DNA from: an uncultured Candidatus Binatia bacterium
GTDB lineage: Bacteria > Desulfobacterota > Binatia > UBA9968 > JAJDTQ01
Assembly: GCA_965213675.1 (NCBI GenBank)
Contig: OZ243916.1
Coordinates: forward strand, 3,328,001-3,392,000
Reading direction: 5' to 3'
Length of the DNA stretch: 64,000 nt
The first letter of the stretch is position 1. Every line of letters begins with the position of its first letter. The notes below the pieces were generated by a model. It was given only the letters and a program-made list of their open reading frames with translations, made no database searches and was not told the DNA's origin. The position numbers and the translations under genes are program-made. Positions 1 to 12,267 of the stretch are shown one piece after another.

Positions 1-408
1 TTCCGGTTCCTGCGCGAGTTCCGGGTGGACGACGTGTCGGGTTACGAGTTGGGCCAGGAACTCACGGTGTCGGATCTTGCCGGCCCCGGAGACCTGGTGG
101 ACGTCACCGGCACCTCCAAGGGACGCGGCTTTTCGGGCGTGATGAAGCGCTGGGACTTTCGCGGCGTCTCCCGCACCCACGGCACCCACGAATACTTTCG
201 CCACGGCGGCTCCATCGGCGCCTGCGCCTATCCCGGGAAGGTGTTCAAGGGGAAGAGAATGGCCGGGCACTGGGGCAACGAGAGGGTGTCGATCCAGAAC
301 CTGCGGGTGGTGGGTGTGCGCCCCGAACAGAACCTTCTCCTGGTCAAGGGCGCCGTGCCGGGCGCCAACGGCGGCATGGTTCTCATCCGGCGCGCCGTCA
401 AGGGATAA
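1..408 (+). CDS. rplC: 50S ribosomal protein L3 (5' truncated by window)
   Basis: VDVTGTSKGRGF, KGKRMAGHWG, KGAVPG motifs; first in S10 cluster order. Confidence 0.97.
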   Translation, partial: FRFLREFRVDDVSGYELGQELTVSDLAGPGDLVDVTGTSKGRGFSGVMKRWDFRGVSRTHGTHEYFRHGGSIGACAYPGKVFKGKRMAGHWGNERVSIQNLRVVGVRPEQNLLLVKGAVPGANGGMVLIRRAVKG

Positions 409-411
409 GGC

Positions 412-1008
412 ATGGAACTGCGTCGAGTCGAGCACGAGCTCCCGCAAGCTATCTTTGGCGTCCCGGTCCGCCCCCATCTGTTGCACCAGGTGGTGGTCAT
501 GCAACTGAACAACCGGCGCGCGGGCACGGCCTCCACCAAGACGCGGGGCAAGGTACAGGGCAGCGGCAAGAAGCCCTGGCGCCAGAAGGGCTCGGGAAGA
601 GCCCGAGCGGGCAGTGTGCGCTCGCCCATCTGGGTCGGAGGCGGGACCGTGTTCGGTCCCCTTCCGCGGGACTATTCGTACCGCGTCCCGAAGTCGGCGC
701 GCCGCCAGGCGCTACTCTCGGCTCTCAGCCTGAAGTCCCAGGAAGAAAAGGTCGTGGTGGTGGAGCCCGCCGGCGTGTCCGAGATCAAGACCCGGCTCAT
801 GGCCGAGGCCGTGGCCGCGTTGGGGGTCGAAAAGGCGCTGATCGTCATCGCGGAAAAGGACGACCGCATCGAGTTGTCGGCGCGCAACCTGCCGCACATC
901 AAGGTCTTGAGGGCGGAGGGGTTGAACGTCTACGATCTGCTTCGCTTCGAACACTTGGTGCTGACTCGGGAGGCGCTGGGAAAGATCGAGGAGAGGTTTT
1001 CGCAATGA
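412..1008 (+). CDS. rplD: 50S ribosomal protein L4
   Basis: KPWRQKGSGRARAGS, GGGTVFGP motifs. Confidence 0.97.
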   Translation: MELRRVEHELPQAIFGVPVRPHLLHQVVVMQLNNRRAGTASTKTRGKVQGSGKKPWRQKGSGRARAGSVRSPIWVGGGTVFGPLPRDYSYRVPKSARRQALLSALSLKSQEEKVVVVEPAGVSEIKTRLMAEAVAALGVEKALIVIAEKDDRIELSARNLPHIKVLRAEGLNVYDLLRFEHLVLTREALGKIEERFSQ

Positions 1009-1295
1009 GAGGCGTTCGCGATGCCGTTCTCGGCCCGCTGATATCGGAAAAGGGCTCGATGCTGGCCGAGTCGACGAATCAGGTGATCTTCAAGGTCCGC
1101 CCGGACGCCAACAAGATCGAGATCCGGCAGCAGGTGGAGCGGCTGTTCAAGGTGACCGTGCTGGATGTGCGCACCGCGCGCTACCTGGGCAAGATGCGCC
1201 GCGTGGGCAGGAATACCGGAAGGTTGCCGTTGTGGAAGAAGGCGTATGTGACCCTCAAGGAGGGGGACCGCATCGATTTCTTCGGTGTCGGTTGA
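1005..1295 (+). CDS. rplW: 50S ribosomal protein L23
   Basis: PLISEK, ANKIEI, WKKAYVTL; synteny. Confidence 0.97.
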   Translation: MRGVRDAVLGPLISEKGSMLAESTNQVIFKVRPDANKIEIRQQVERLFKVTVLDVRTARYLGKMRRVGRNTGRLPLWKKAYVTLKEGDRIDFFGVG

Positions 1296-1306
1296 GGATG
1301 TAGTCC

Positions 1307-2134
1307 ATGTCCATCAAGAATCATCGCCCAACTTCTCCCGGGCGCCGTTTTGCTTCAGGCTTCGGGTTCGACGACGTCACCAAGGAGACGCCGCACAAGC
1401 CTTTGTTGCGGCCCCTCCGGGGACACGGCGGACGCAACAACACGGGCCGCGTCACCAAGGATCACCGCGGCGGGGGACACAAGCGGCGTTACCGCTTCAT
1501 CGACTTCAAGCGCGACAAGAAGGGCGTGCCGGGTCGGGTCGAGGCCATCGAGTACGATCCGAACCGCTCGGCCCTGGTGGCGCTCATCTGCTACCTCGAC
1601 GGCGAGCGGCGTTACATCCTTGCGCCCCAGAAGCTCAGGGTCGGCGGGCGGATCATTGCCGGGGACCAGGACATCGACATTCAACCGGGCAACTCCCTGC
1701 CGCTGAAGAGCATTCCCACTGGCACCCTCGTGCACAATGTGGAGCTCAAGGCCGGCAAGGGCGGACAGATCGTACGCAGTGCCGGAGCCTCCGCCCAGGT
1801 GATGGCCAAGGAAGGCTCCTATACGCTGCTCAAGCTTCCGTCCGGAGAGTTGCGCAACGTCCGCTCGGAGTGCCGCGCCACGGTGGGCGAGGTGGGCAAC
1901 AGCGAGTTCGAGAACATCACCTACGGCAAGGCGGGTCGCTCGCGCTGGCTGGGACGCCGCCCGGTCACCCGGGGTATCGCCAAGAACCCGGTGGACCATC
2001 CCCACGGCGGTGGTGAGGGTCAGTCCAAGGGCAACCACCCGCAGACCCCCTGGGGCAAGCCCACCAAGGGTTACCGGACCCGTGGCGTCAAGCCTTCCGA
2101 CAAGTACATCGTGAAGCGCAGAAAGGGACAGTAG
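1307..2134 (+). CDS. rplB: 50S ribosomal protein L2
   Basis: [21 protein letters not shown]. Confidence 0.98.
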   Translation: MSIKNHRPTSPGRRFASGFGFDDVTKETPHKPLLRPLRGHGGRNNTGRVTKDHRGGGHKRRYRFIDFKRDKKGVPGRVEAIEYDPNRSALVALICYLDGERRYILAPQKLRVGGRIIAGDQDIDIQPGNSLPLKSIPTGTLVHNVELKAGKGGQIVRSAGASAQVMAKEGSYTLLKLPSGELRNVRSECRATVGEVGNSEFENITYGKAGRSRWLGRRPVTRGIAKNPVDHPHGGGEGQSKGNHPQTPWGKPTKGYRTRGVKPSDKYIVKRRKGQ

Positions 2135-2136
2135 GC

Positions 2137-2427
2137 ATGGCGCGTTCCATCAAGAAAGGTCCTTTTGTGGACGACCATCTGATGCGCAAGATCGAGGAAA
2201 TGAACCGGGCCCAGGCGCGCCGGGTGGTCAAGACATGGTCGCGGCGTTCGACCATTACCCCGGACATGATCGGCCACACCATCGCGGTTCACAACGGGCG
2301 CAAATTTCTACCGGTGTTCGTGACCGAGGACATGGTCGGCCACAAGCTCGGAGAGTTCTCGCCCACGCGCACGTTCCACGGGCACGCGGGTGACCGGCGC
2401 GGCGACGCCAGGGGCGTGAGGAGATAG
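2137..2427 (+). CDS. rpsS: 30S ribosomal protein S19
   Basis: [21 protein letters not shown]. Confidence 0.98.
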   Translation: MARSIKKGPFVDDHLMRKIEEMNRAQARRVVKTWSRRSTITPDMIGHTIAVHNGRKFLPVFVTEDMVGHKLGEFSPTRTFHGHAGDRRGDARGVRR

Positions 2428-2430
2428 GCG

Positions 2431-2766
2431 ATGGAGGCGCGCGCTGTCACGAAGTTCGCCCGGGTCTCGCCCCGCAAGATGCGGCTGGTGGTGGATCAGG
2501 TTCGGGGACGATCCGTCGAGGACGCGCTGACGATCCTCAAATTCGTGCCCAAGGGCTGCGCCGGCATCGTCGCCAAGACCGTGCGGTCCGCGGTCGCCAA
2601 CGCGGAGAACACGCAGAACGTGGACGTGGACCTCTTGTACGTCAAGTTCGCGGAGGTGGGTCAGGCAGGAATGTGGAAACGCTTCATGCCGCGTGGAATG
2701 GGTCGCGCCAACCGCATTCGCAAGCGCTTGAGCCATTTGACCGTCGTGGTGGATGAGAAAGCCTAG
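2431..2766 (+). CDS. rplV: 50S ribosomal protein L22
   Basis: SPRKMRLVVDQVRG, SAVANA. Confidence 0.97.
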   Translation: MEARAVTKFARVSPRKMRLVVDQVRGRSVEDALTILKFVPKGCAGIVAKTVRSAVANAENTQNVDVDLLYVKFAEVGQAGMWKRFMPRGMGRANRIRKRLSHLTVVVDEKA

Positions 2767-2927
2767 TGTGGTGTCTGGTTGATTCGGGTCATAATCTGCG
2801 GAGGATTTTATGTTGTCGGCAAGGCGCGATGACGAGCAGTGGCGTGTACCACGCGAGGAAGAGCAACGCAGCCGACGGCGAAAAAGACCCGCAGATTATG
2901 ACCCGAATTAACCAGACACCACACTAG
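2763..2927. mobile_element. Palindromic MITE-like element at the rplV stop codon
   Basis: 39-bp inverted repeat (2763-2801 vs 2889-2927, 1 mismatch) beginning and ending with CTAG; non-coding; sits where rplV and rpsC are normally nearly contiguous. Confidence 0.75.
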
Positions 2928-3030
2928 CAGCTTGCGCCGCAGGAACCCGGCTCACCCCCGGGCGACGTAACGCAGCCGGTGGGGAAAGCCCCTCGGAACT
3001 TTGTGCGAACGAACCGGACAGGAAACCAGG

Positions 3031-3693
3031 ATGGGACAGAAAACACACCCCAAGGTCTTCCGCATGCGCGTGATCGAGTCGTGGGACTCGAAGTGGTACG
3101 CCGGGCACGATTACCCCGAACTGCTGCATGAGGACCTCAAGATCAAGAAGTTTCTCAAGGGACGGTTGCACCACGCGGGTATCTCGAAGATCGAGATCGA
3201 GCGCGCCACCAACAAGGCCAAGATCAACATCCACACCGCGCGTCCAGGCATCGTCATCGGCAAGAAGGGCGCCGAGATCGAGAAGCTCAAGGAAGAGTTG
3301 GCGAAGCTGTCGCCGCGGGAGGTGTTCATCAACATCCACGAGGTGCGCCGGCCCGATCTTGATGCGCAGTTGGTGGCGGAGAACGTGGCGCTGCAGCTTG
3401 AGCGTCGCGTGGCCTTCCGGCGCGCCATGAAGGAGAGCGTGTCCCGCGCCTTGCGCATGGGTGCGCAAGGGATTCGCATCCAGTGCGGCGGCCGGCTCGG
3501 CGGGCAGGAGATCGCGCGCACGGAGTGGTACCGCGAGGGGCGTGTGCCGCTGCACACGCTGCGGGCGGACGTGAGCTACGGCCTGGCCGAGGCCAAGACC
3601 ACCTACGGGGTCATCGGCGTCAAGGCATGGATCTTCCGTGGCGAGATCCTTACGAAGCAGGAAGAGCAGCAGAAGGCATCTCTGGGATTATAG
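3031..3693 (+). CDS. rpsC: 30S ribosomal protein S3
   Basis: [29 protein letters not shown]; start placed at ATG 3031. Confidence 0.98.
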   Translation: MGQKTHPKVFRMRVIESWDSKWYAGHDYPELLHEDLKIKKFLKGRLHHAGISKIEIERATNKAKINIHTARPGIVIGKKGAEIEKLKEELAKLSPREVFINIHEVRRPDLDAQLVAENVALQLERRVAFRRAMKESVSRALRMGAQGIRIQCGGRLGGQEIARTEWYREGRVPLHTLRADVSYGLAEAKTTYGVIGVKAWIFRGEILTKQEEQQKASLGL

Positions 3694-3711
3694 GGTAGAG
3701 GGCGTGAGATC

Positions 3712-4116
3712 ATGCTTGAGCCAAAGAAAGTCAAGTTCCGGAAGATACAGAAGGGGCGCCGGGGCGGATCCGCGGGGCGCGGGTCGGAGTTGTCCTTCGG
3801 CGACTATGGCCTGAAGTGCGTGGACCGCGGCTACATTACGGCGCGCCAGATCGAGGCCGCGCGAATCGCCTTGACCCGCTACCTCAAGCGGCACGGCAAG
3901 GTGTGGATCCGGGTGTTTCCGGATAAACCCATCACCAAGAAGCCCGCCGAGGTGCGCATGGGGAAGGGCAAGGGGCCGCTGCATGCGTGGGTGGCCGTGG
4001 TCAAACCGGGCAAGCTGTTGTTCGAGATGGAGGGGGTTCAGCGGGACGACGCCAAGGAAGCGTTCCGCCTGGCCTCGCGCAAGCTGGGCCTGACCACCGC
4101 GTTCGTGGAGCGGTAG
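3712..4116 (+). CDS. rplP: 50S ribosomal protein L16
   Basis: [24 protein letters not shown]. Confidence 0.98.
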   Translation: MLEPKKVKFRKIQKGRRGGSAGRGSELSFGDYGLKCVDRGYITARQIEAARIALTRYLKRHGKVWIRVFPDKPITKKPAEVRMGKGKGPLHAWVAVVKPGKLLFEMEGVQRDDAKEAFRLASRKLGLTTAFVER

Positions 4117-4129
4117 CGGGAGAGAGCGG

Positions 4130-4345
4130 ATGCGCGCCAAGGAAATGCGGGACATGGGCGTCGATGAGTTGCAGCAGAAGCGCACGGAGTTCAAGGATGA
4201 GATCTTTCACCTGACCCTGCGGCGCGCCACGGGACAGTTGGAAAGTCCCATGAAGCTGCGCCAGTCGCGCCGCAATCTGGCGCGGCTGGAGACGATCATC
4301 GTGGAACTCCGGCGCGCCGCGGAGCGGGAAGACGATCATGATTGA
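4130..4345 (+). CDS. rpmC: 50S ribosomal protein L29
   Basis: ATGQLESP..RRNLARLET; synteny. Confidence 0.95.
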   Translation: MRAKEMRDMGVDELQQKRTEFKDEIFHLTLRRATGQLESPMKLRQSRRNLARLETIIVELRRAAEREDDHD

Positions 4346-4613
4346 ACGTGGTGTCACGAAGCAGCGTGAGGGCGTCGTTAGAACGGACCGCATGGTCAAG
4401 ACCGTGGTGGTCGAGCTGGAGCGGATCGTTCTGCATTCGCGGTACAAGAAGTACCTCCGGCGCCGGACGCGGGTGAAGGCCCATGACGAGCGCGACGAGT
4501 GCCGCGTGGGCGACCGCGTCGTGATCACCGAGTGCCGGCCCCTCAGCCGCGAGAAGCGTTGGCGCGTAAGCCGCATCCTGAACCGCGCGGCGACGGGCAC
4601 GGCGACGGACTGA
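4338..4613 (+). CDS. rpsQ: 30S ribosomal protein S17
   Basis: KTVVV, AHDE, ECRPLSREKRW. Confidence 0.96.
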   Translation: MIERGVTKQREGVVRTDRMVKTVVVELERIVLHSRYKKYLRRRTRVKAHDERDECRVGDRVVITECRPLSREKRWRVSRILNRAATGTATD

Positions 4614-4700
4614 CACAGCGGCCGCGGCAACGACAGCCAGGGGCGATTCGCTCTCGTCCCGTGGAACAGGCCAACGACGCGAGACACAGAGGTCCAGGCA

Positions 4701-5069
4701 ATGATACAAGTGGGGACGGTGTTGGATGTGGCGGACAACTCGGGCGCCCGGCGAGTCCGGTGCATCAAGGTACTTGGCGGAACCAGGCGGAAATACGCCT
4801 CCATCGGCGACGTGATCGTCGTGTCCGTCAAGGAAGCGATGCCCAATTCCAAGGTGCCCAAGGGCCACGTGGCCAGAGCAGTGGTGGTGCGCACGGCGAA
4901 GGAGCTCAGCCGCGTGGACGGTTCCTACATTCGCTTCGACAACAACTCGGCGGTGTTGATCGACAACCAGAAAGAACCGGTGGGCACGCGCATCTTCGGT
5001 CCGGTCGCACGGGAGTTGCGCGCGAAGCGGTTCATGAAGATCGTGTCGCTGGCCCCGGAGGTGCTGTAG
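4701..5069 (+). CDS. rplN: 50S ribosomal protein L14
   Basis: [29 protein letters not shown]. Confidence 0.98.
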   Translation: MIQVGTVLDVADNSGARRVRCIKVLGGTRRKYASIGDVIVVSVKEAMPNSKVPKGHVARAVVVRTAKELSRVDGSYIRFDNNSAVLIDNQKEPVGTRIFGPVARELRAKRFMKIVSLAPEVL

Positions 5070-5071
5070 CC

Positions 5072-5389
5072 ATGAGCCTGTTCGTCCGCAAAGATGACAC
5101 CGTCATGGTGGTGACCGGCAGGGAGCGGGGGAAGACCGGCAAGGTCATCAAGGTGGTGCCGAGGAAGGACCGCCTGTTCATCGAACGAGTGAACCTCGTG
5201 AAGCGGCACACCAAGCCGCGCAGCGCCCAGCAGCCCGGTGGCATCGTCGAGAAGGAAGCTTCCATCCACGTCTCCAACGTCATGCTCATGTGCGACCCGT
5301 GCAACGCCCCGGTGCGCGTGGGCTACAAGTTCCTTGAGGATGGGGAGAAGGTGCGCATCTGCCGGCGTTGCGGTCAGGGTCTGGGCTAG
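5072..5389 (+). CDS. rplX: 50S ribosomal protein L24
   Basis: KOW motif, GGIVEKEASIHVSNV; real start ATG 5072 inside the longer ORF. Confidence 0.96.
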   Translation: MSLFVRKDDTVMVVTGRERGKTGKVIKVVPRKDRLFIERVNLVKRHTKPRSAQQPGGIVEKEASIHVSNVMLMCDPCNAPVRVGYKFLEDGEKVRICRRCGQGLG

Positions 5390-5413
5390 AGACCCGCAGT
5401 CTGGGATTCAACG

Positions 5414-5974
5414 ATGGTAAGGCTGGAACAGAAATATCACGAGGAGATCGTGCCCGCGATGATGGCCGACTTCGCCTATCGCAACAGGCATCAGGTCCCT
5501 CGGCTCAAGAACGTTTCCATCAACGTATGCATCGGCGAGGCGGTGCAGAACGCCAAGCTGCTGGACGCCGCGGTGTCCGAACTGGGCGCCATCAGCGGTC
5601 AGCGGCCGGTGGTGACGCGGGCGCGGAAGGACATTTCGAACTTCAAGCTGCGCCGCGGCAATCCCATCGGATGCATGGTGACGTTGCGGCGCGCGCGCAT
5701 GTACGAGTTCCTGGATCGACTCATACAGGTGGCGCTGCCCCAGGTGAGGGATTTCAAGGGGCTCTCGGACCGCTCCTTTGACGGTTGCGGAAATTACTCG
5801 CTTGGCATCCGGGAGCAGATCATTTTTCCCGAAGTGAGGCCGGATTCCGTGGATCGGCTCCACGGCCTGACGGTGTCCATCGTGACCACCGCGGGGACGG
5901 ATGAGGAGGGGAGAGCGTTGCTGCGCAGTCTCGGAATGCCGTTCGCGACGGATGGGGGTAGGACCAGTGGCTAA
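5414..5974 (+). CDS. rplE: 50S ribosomal protein L5
   Basis: [24 protein letters not shown]. Confidence 0.97.
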   Translation: MVRLEQKYHEEIVPAMMADFAYRNRHQVPRLKNVSINVCIGEAVQNAKLLDAAVSELGAISGQRPVVTRARKDISNFKLRRGNPIGCMVTLRRARMYEFLDRLIQVALPQVRDFKGLSDRSFDGCGNYSLGIREQIIFPEVRPDSVDRLHGLTVSIVTTAGTDEEGRALLRSLGMPFATDGGRTSG

Positions 5975-6152
5975 GAAGTGCCTGCGGATCAAGGCGGACA
6001 GGACTCCCAAGTTCAAGGTTCGCCAGTACAATCGTTGTCCCCTGTGCGGCAGGGCTCGGGCGTTTTACCGGCGGTTCCGCATGTGTCGGGTGTGCCTCAG
6101 GATGTACGCGCGCCGGGGTGAAATCCCCGGGGTAATCAAGGCAAGCTGGTAG
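5967..6152 (+). CDS. rpsN: 30S ribosomal protein S14 type Z (Zn-binding)
   Basis: GTG start, 61 aa, RCPLCGR...CRVC, GVIKASW. Confidence 0.96.
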   Translation: MAKKCLRIKADRTPKFKVRQYNRCPLCGRARAFYRRFRMCRVCLRMYARRGEIPGVIKASW

Positions 6153-6167
6153 GAGGGGTTGTCGCGC

Positions 6168-6572
6168 ATGAGTATGACCGATCCCATAGCCGATTTGCTG
6201 ACGCGGATGCGCAACGCCGCCATGGCGAAGCACGAAACCGTGGATGTTCCATGGTCGCGCCTCAAGGAAAACATCATGAAGGTACTGGTGGTGGAGGGGT
6301 ACGTGCGCCAGATCCGGCGTATTCCGGTGGAGGGGCAGGTGCAGGATACACTGCGCATCCAGCTCAAGTACGACAGGGAACATCAGCCAGTGATGAGCCA
6401 ACTGAAGCGGGTCAGCCGCCCGGGGCGCCGGGTCTACGTCGGCTACAAGGACATCCAGCCGCTGCACAAGGGGCTCGGCACCCATGTTCTGTCGACGCCC
6501 AAGGGAATCATCGTCGACAGGGAGGCCGTGAAGGCGAAGCTCGGCGGCGAGTTGCTGTGCTCCATCAGTTAG
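6168..6572 (+). CDS. rpsH: 30S ribosomal protein S8
   Basis: TDPIADLLTRMRNA, SRPGRRVY, GGELLC. Confidence 0.97.
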   Translation: MSMTDPIADLLTRMRNAAMAKHETVDVPWSRLKENIMKVLVVEGYVRQIRRIPVEGQVQDTLRIQLKYDREHQPVMSQLKRVSRPGRRVYVGYKDIQPLHKGLGTHVLSTPKGIIVDREAVKAKLGGELLCSIS

Positions 6573-6600
6573 TGGCCCCCGGCCGTGGGGAGGTTGTCTC

Positions 6601-7143
6601 GTGTCTCGTGTAGGAAAACTGCCGATCATGGTGCCCGGAACCGTCAAGGTGGCGACGGAAGGCGCGGAAATACGAGTGCAGGGTCCCAAGGGGACACTGG
6701 CGCACCGCATTCCGCAAGGCATCGAAGTGAATGTGAACGGCGACCGGCTCGAAGTGGGCCGGAGCGCCGAGACCAAGAGCGTCAGGGCGCTGCACGGGTT
6801 GACGCGCAAGTTGCTGGCCAACATGGTCCTGGGCGTGAGCGAGGGCTTCAAGAAGGTGCTCGAGATCAACGGCGTCGGCTACCGGGCCGAGTTGAAGGAA
6901 AACTCGCTGCACCTGACGCTGGGATTCTCCCATCCCGTCGAGTACCGGCTGCCGGAAGGCGTGAGCGCCTCGGTGGAACGTCAGACGGTGATTACCCTCG
7001 AGAGCCACGACAAGCAGGTGCTGGGTCAGGCCGCCGCCGAGGTGCGGCGTTTCCGCCCCCCCGAGCCCTACAAGGGCAAGGGGATTCGTTATCAGGGCGA
7101 AGTAGTCATGAGGAAGGCCGGCAAGGCCATGGGTTCCGCGTGA
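6601..7143 (+). CDS. rplF: 50S ribosomal protein L6
   Basis: [25 protein letters not shown]. Confidence 0.98.
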   Translation: MSRVGKLPIMVPGTVKVATEGAEIRVQGPKGTLAHRIPQGIEVNVNGDRLEVGRSAETKSVRALHGLTRKLLANMVLGVSEGFKKVLEINGVGYRAELKENSLHLTLGFSHPVEYRLPEGVSASVERQTVITLESHDKQVLGQAAAEVRRFRPPEPYKGKGIRYQGEVVMRKAGKAMGSA

Positions 7144-7165
7144 GCCGGCGGGATCGGGTGAACGC

Positions 7166-7531
7166 ATGCCGATGACAAGCAAGAAGGTTCTGGATCGCAA
7201 GCGGCGCCAGCACAGCGTACGCAAACGGATCAAGGGCAGCGATGCGCGCCCTCGCCTGTGCGTCTTTCGCAGTTCCAAGCACATCTACGCGCAGATCATT
7301 TCCGACGAACGCGGTGTGACCCTGGCGAGCGCGTCGACACTGTCGAAGGAAGCGGCTGCGGCCGACGACGCCAAGGGAGTCGAGGCGGCCCGGGACGTGG
7401 GCCGCAAGATCGCGGAGTTGTGCGAGGCGCGCGAGATCAAGCAGGTGATCTTTGATCGCAACGGGTTTCTCTTTCACGGTCGGGTAAAGGCATTGGCGGA
7501 GGCCGCGCGCGAGGCCGGCCTTTCCTTCTGA
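7166..7531 (+). CDS. rplR: 50S ribosomal protein L18
   Basis: [28 protein letters not shown]; start may be 7172. Confidence 0.97.
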   Translation: MPMTSKKVLDRKRRQHSVRKRIKGSDARPRLCVFRSSKHIYAQIISDERGVTLASASTLSKEAAAADDAKGVEAARDVGRKIAELCEAREIKQVIFDRNGFLFHGRVKALAEAAREAGLSF

Positions 7532-7544
7532 TTCGGGGGTTGCT

Positions 7545-8042
7545 TTGGAACGAGTCGATCCGCAGGGCCTGGAGCTCAAGGAGAAGGTCATCCACATCAG
7601 CCGCGTGGCCAAGGTGGTCAAGGGCGGGCGGCGCTTCAGCTTCAATGCGTTGGTGGTGATAGGCGACGAGGCCTCGGTGGTCGGGTACGGACTGGGCAAG
7701 GCCAACGAGGTGCCCGAGGCGATTCGCAAGGGAGTCGAGCACGCGAAGAAGACGCTGCTGCGGGTGCCCCTGGTGGACGACAGTATTCCCTACGAGGTCA
7801 CGGGCCGGTACGGCGCCGGGCACGTGTTGCTCAAGCCCGCCGCCCCCGGAACCGGCGTCATTGCCGGCGCCGGCGTGCGCGCGGTGGTGGAGGCGGCGGG
7901 AATCCCCAACGTCCTGAGCAAGTGCATCGGCTCCAACAACCCGCACAACCTGGTCAAGGCGACGTTCGAAGCCCTGAAGCGCCTCAAGTCTCCGGAAGAG
8001 GTGTCGGTCTTGCGCGGCAAGCCGCTGGCCGAGATTCGATAA
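7545..8042 (+). CDS. rpsE: 30S ribosomal protein S5
   Basis: [22 protein letters not shown]. Confidence 0.97.
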   Translation: MERVDPQGLELKEKVIHISRVAKVVKGGRRFSFNALVVIGDEASVVGYGLGKANEVPEAIRKGVEHAKKTLLRVPLVDDSIPYEVTGRYGAGHVLLKPAAPGTGVIAGAGVRAVVEAAGIPNVLSKCIGSNNPHNLVKATFEALKRLKSPEEVSVLRGKPLAEIR

Positions 8043-8055
8043 GAGGGAACGGTTC

Positions 8056-8491
8056 ATGGATCTGAGCGAATTGCGCCCCCCGAAGGGGACGAAGCACGCC
8101 AAGAAGCGCGTGGGCCGGGGCGAGGCGTCCGGGACCGGCAAAACCAGCGGCCGCGGGCACAAGGGCCAGGGGTCCCGCTCCGGCGGGGGCGTGAGGCCCG
8201 GCTTCGAGGGCGGCCAGATGCCGCTCACCCGGCGTGTGCCCAAGCGCGGCTTCCACAACCTGTTCCGGACGGAATACACCCCCGTGAACCTCGACGGGCT
8301 CGGCGGTTTCGAGGCCGACGCGGAGGTTTCCCCCGAGACCCTGCGGGAGAAGGGGCTACTCAAGCGCGGCTTGGTGAAGATCCTGGGCCGCGGCGATATC
8401 GACAGGCCATTGACCGTCAGGGCGCACGGCTTCTCGCGTAGCGCGAAGCAGAAAATCGAGGCCGCGGGCGGCTCGGTCGAAGTTCTTTCTC

Positions 8492-8499
<8 letters not shown>
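8056..8499 (+). CDS. rplO: 50S ribosomal protein L15
   Basis: [20 protein letters not shown]. Confidence 0.97.
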
Positions 8500-9802
<1,303 letters not shown>

Positions 9803-9859
9803 AGGTGGGTTCCCGTACCGGGCCAGGGTTCGGCGGACGGGAATCGCGGATGATCGGGC

Positions 9860-10618
9860 ATGATCTATCTCAAGTCTCGCGCCGAAATCGACATCATGCG
9901 CCGCGTCAACGTGATCGTGGCGGAGGTGCTGGCGGTCCTGAAGGAGACGGCGCGGCCGGGCATGACGACCTTGGAACTAGACGAGTTGGCGGAGCGGCTG
10001 ACGCATGAGAAGGGAGCCAGACCCGCGTTCAAGGGATACGAGGTCGCCGGCAGAGTGTTCAGGCACAGCTTGTGCACCTCCGTCAACGAAGAGATCGTCC
10101 ACGGCGTTCCTTCGAATCGCGTTCTCAAGGAAGGCGACATCCTGGGGATGGACTTCGGGGTGGTGTACGAGGGTTTTTACGGCGACTCGGCGGTGACAGT
10201 GGGCCTGGGCCAGGTGAGTCCCGAGGCGGAGCGGCTCATGCGCGTCACCGAGACCGCTCTGACCGAAGGCATCGAAATGATGCGCGAGGGCAATCGGCTG
10301 GGAGACCTGGGGAGCGCCATTCAGGGCATTGCCGAGGGTTCGGGCTACTCGGTGGTGCGCGAGTTCGTGGGTCACGGCATCGGCAAGAAGCTGCACGAGG
10401 AGCCGCCGGTTCCCAACTACGGCGAGGCGGGCAAGGGGCAACGGCTGCGCGCCGGAATGGTACTGGCGGTGGAACCCATGGTCAACGCGGGGAAGAAGGA
10501 AGTCGCGATCCTGGAAGACGGCTGGACGGCCGTGACCCGTGACCGGAGCCTCGCAGCTCATTTCGAGCATTCCATCGCCGTGACCGCGGATGGCCCGTAC
10601 GTGCTGAGCCGGCTGTAG
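9860..10618 (+). CDS. map: Type I methionine aminopeptidase
   Basis: [25 protein letters not shown]. Confidence 0.97.
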   Translation: MIYLKSRAEIDIMRRVNVIVAEVLAVLKETARPGMTTLELDELAERLTHEKGARPAFKGYEVAGRVFRHSLCTSVNEEIVHGVPSNRVLKEGDILGMDFGVVYEGFYGDSAVTVGLGQVSPEAERLMRVTETALTEGIEMMREGNRLGDLGSAIQGIAEGSGYSVVREFVGHGIGKKLHEEPPVPNYGEAGKGQRLRAGMVLAVEPMVNAGKKEVAILEDGWTAVTRDRSLAAHFEHSIAVTADGPYVLSRL

Positions 10619-10628
10619 GAGATCGGAA

Positions 10629-10742
10629 GTGAAGGTAAGAGCATCGGTCAAGAAGATCTGCAACAAGTGCAAAGTGGTTCGGCGCAAGGGGACCGTACGA
10701 GTCATCTGCGTCACCCGCAAGCACGCCCAGCGGCAGGGGTAG
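10629..10742 (+). CDS. rpmJ: 50S ribosomal protein L36 (below ORF-track cut-off)
   Basis: Hand translation [37 protein letters not shown]. Confidence 0.96.
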   Translation: MKVRASVKKICNKCKVVRRKGTVRVICVTRKHAQRQG

Positions 10743-10770
10743 CTCCAGCCGCGGTTTCGCAGGAGGAGTC

Positions 10771-11154
10771 ATGGCACGTATTGCTGGGGTGGACCTGCCC
10801 AGGAACAAGAGCATGGATGTCGCGCTGACCTATATCTACGGCATCGGCGCCAGCACGTCCCGGAACATTCTGAAGGAAGCGGGGATCGCGTTCCAACTCA
10901 AGTCCGATGACCTCACGGACGACCAAGTGGTGGTGATACGCCGGATCATCGACCAGGAAATCAAGGTGGAAGGCGATCTGCGACGCGACATCACCACGGA
11001 CATCAAGCGCCACATGGACATCGGCACCTATCGCGGACTGAGACACCGGCGCGGCCTTCCGGTCAGGGGGCAGCGCACCCATACCAACGGACGCACCCGC
11101 ATGGGACCCCGGCGGACCATCGCCGGCAAGAGGAAACCGCCGTCCAAGGGTTAG
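10771..11154 (+). CDS. rpsM: 30S ribosomal protein S13
   Basis: [25 protein letters not shown]. Confidence 0.98.
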   Translation: MARIAGVDLPRNKSMDVALTYIYGIGASTSRNILKEAGIAFQLKSDDLTDDQVVVIRRIIDQEIKVEGDLRRDITTDIKRHMDIGTYRGLRHRRGLPVRGQRTHTNGRTRMGPRRTIAGKRKPPSKG

Positions 11155-11189
11155 TGGCTCGACGAGCATAAACCGGAACAGGAGCATTC

Positions 11190-11600
11190 ATGGCCCAAGC
11201 CGCGAAGAGAGCGCGTGACGCGCGGGCGCCGAGGAAACGGCGCGGACGAAAGAACATCGCCGAGGGGGTGGCGCACATTCACTCCACCTTCAACAATACG
11301 ATCATCACCATCACCGACACCCAGGGCAACGTGGTGACGTGGTCGAGCGCGGGCGCCATCGGCTTCAAGGGGTCGCGCAAGGGCACCCCTTTCGCGGCGC
11401 AGCAGGCCGCGGACAACGTCGCGCGCAAGGCCATGGATCATGGCATGCATTCCATACAGGTCTACGTGCGCGGCCCCGGTTCGGCGCGGGAGTCGGCGTT
11501 GAGATCGCTTCAGTCAGCGGGATTGAACGTGAGTCTGATCAAGGACGTGACCCCTATTCCGCATAACGGCTGCCGGCCGCCCAAGCGCAGGCGCGTGTGA
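11190..11600 (+). CDS. rpsK: 30S ribosomal protein S11
   Basis: [25 protein letters not shown]. Confidence 0.98.
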   Translation: MAQAAKRARDARAPRKRRGRKNIAEGVAHIHSTFNNTIITITDTQGNVVTWSSAGAIGFKGSRKGTPFAAQQAADNVARKAMDHGMHSIQVYVRGPGSARESALRSLQSAGLNVSLIKDVTPIPHNGCRPPKRRRV

Positions 11601-11613
11601 GAGGAGATCGTTA

Positions 11614-12240
11614 GTGGCAAGGTATCATGGCCCGGTGTGCCGGCTGTGCCGGCGAGAGAACATGAAGCTGTTTCTCAAGGGAGAGCGGTGCTACACGGAC
11701 AAGTGCGCCATCGAGCGGCGCAACTATCCTCCAGGCCAGCATGGACAGCGGCGGATCAAGTTTTCCGAGTACAGCCTCCAACTCCGGGAGAAGCAGAAGG
11801 TCAAGCGCATGTACGGGCTGCTCGAAAAGCAGTTCAAGGGAAGCTTCGAGAGCGCGGAAAAATCCCGCGGCATCACCGGCGAGAGTCTGCTGGTGATCCT
11901 GGAAAGACGGCTCGACAACGTGGTTTACCGCCTCGGCTTCGCGTGTTCCCGGGGAGATGCCCGCCTTCTTGTGCGGCACGGCCACGTGCGGGTGAATGGC
12001 CGCCGGGTGACCATTCCTTCCTTTCGTGTGGGTGTCGGAGACGTGGTGGCTGTGGCGGAGAAGAGCCGCAAGTCCGAGCGCGTGCTCACCGCCATGGAAG
12101 GATCCCAGAGGCGCGGTGTGCCTGACTGGATCGAGGTGGACCGGGAGAATTTCTCCGGAACGGTCAAGATGCTCCCGAGCCGCGGCGATATCACGACGCC
12201 CATCAACGAAAAGCTCATCGTTGAGCTGTATTCCAAGTAA
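11614..12240 (+). CDS. rpsD: 30S ribosomal protein S4
   Basis: [25 protein letters not shown]. Confidence 0.98.
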   Translation: MARYHGPVCRLCRRENMKLFLKGERCYTDKCAIERRNYPPGQHGQRRIKFSEYSLQLREKQKVKRMYGLLEKQFKGSFESAEKSRGITGESLLVILERRLDNVVYRLGFACSRGDARLLVRHGHVRVNGRRVTIPSFRVGVGDVVAVAEKSRKSERVLTAMEGSQRRGVPDWIEVDRENFSGTVKMLPSRGDITTPINEKLIVELYSK

Positions 12241-12267
12241 TCAGCGGTGAACCGTGTTGGAGATCCC

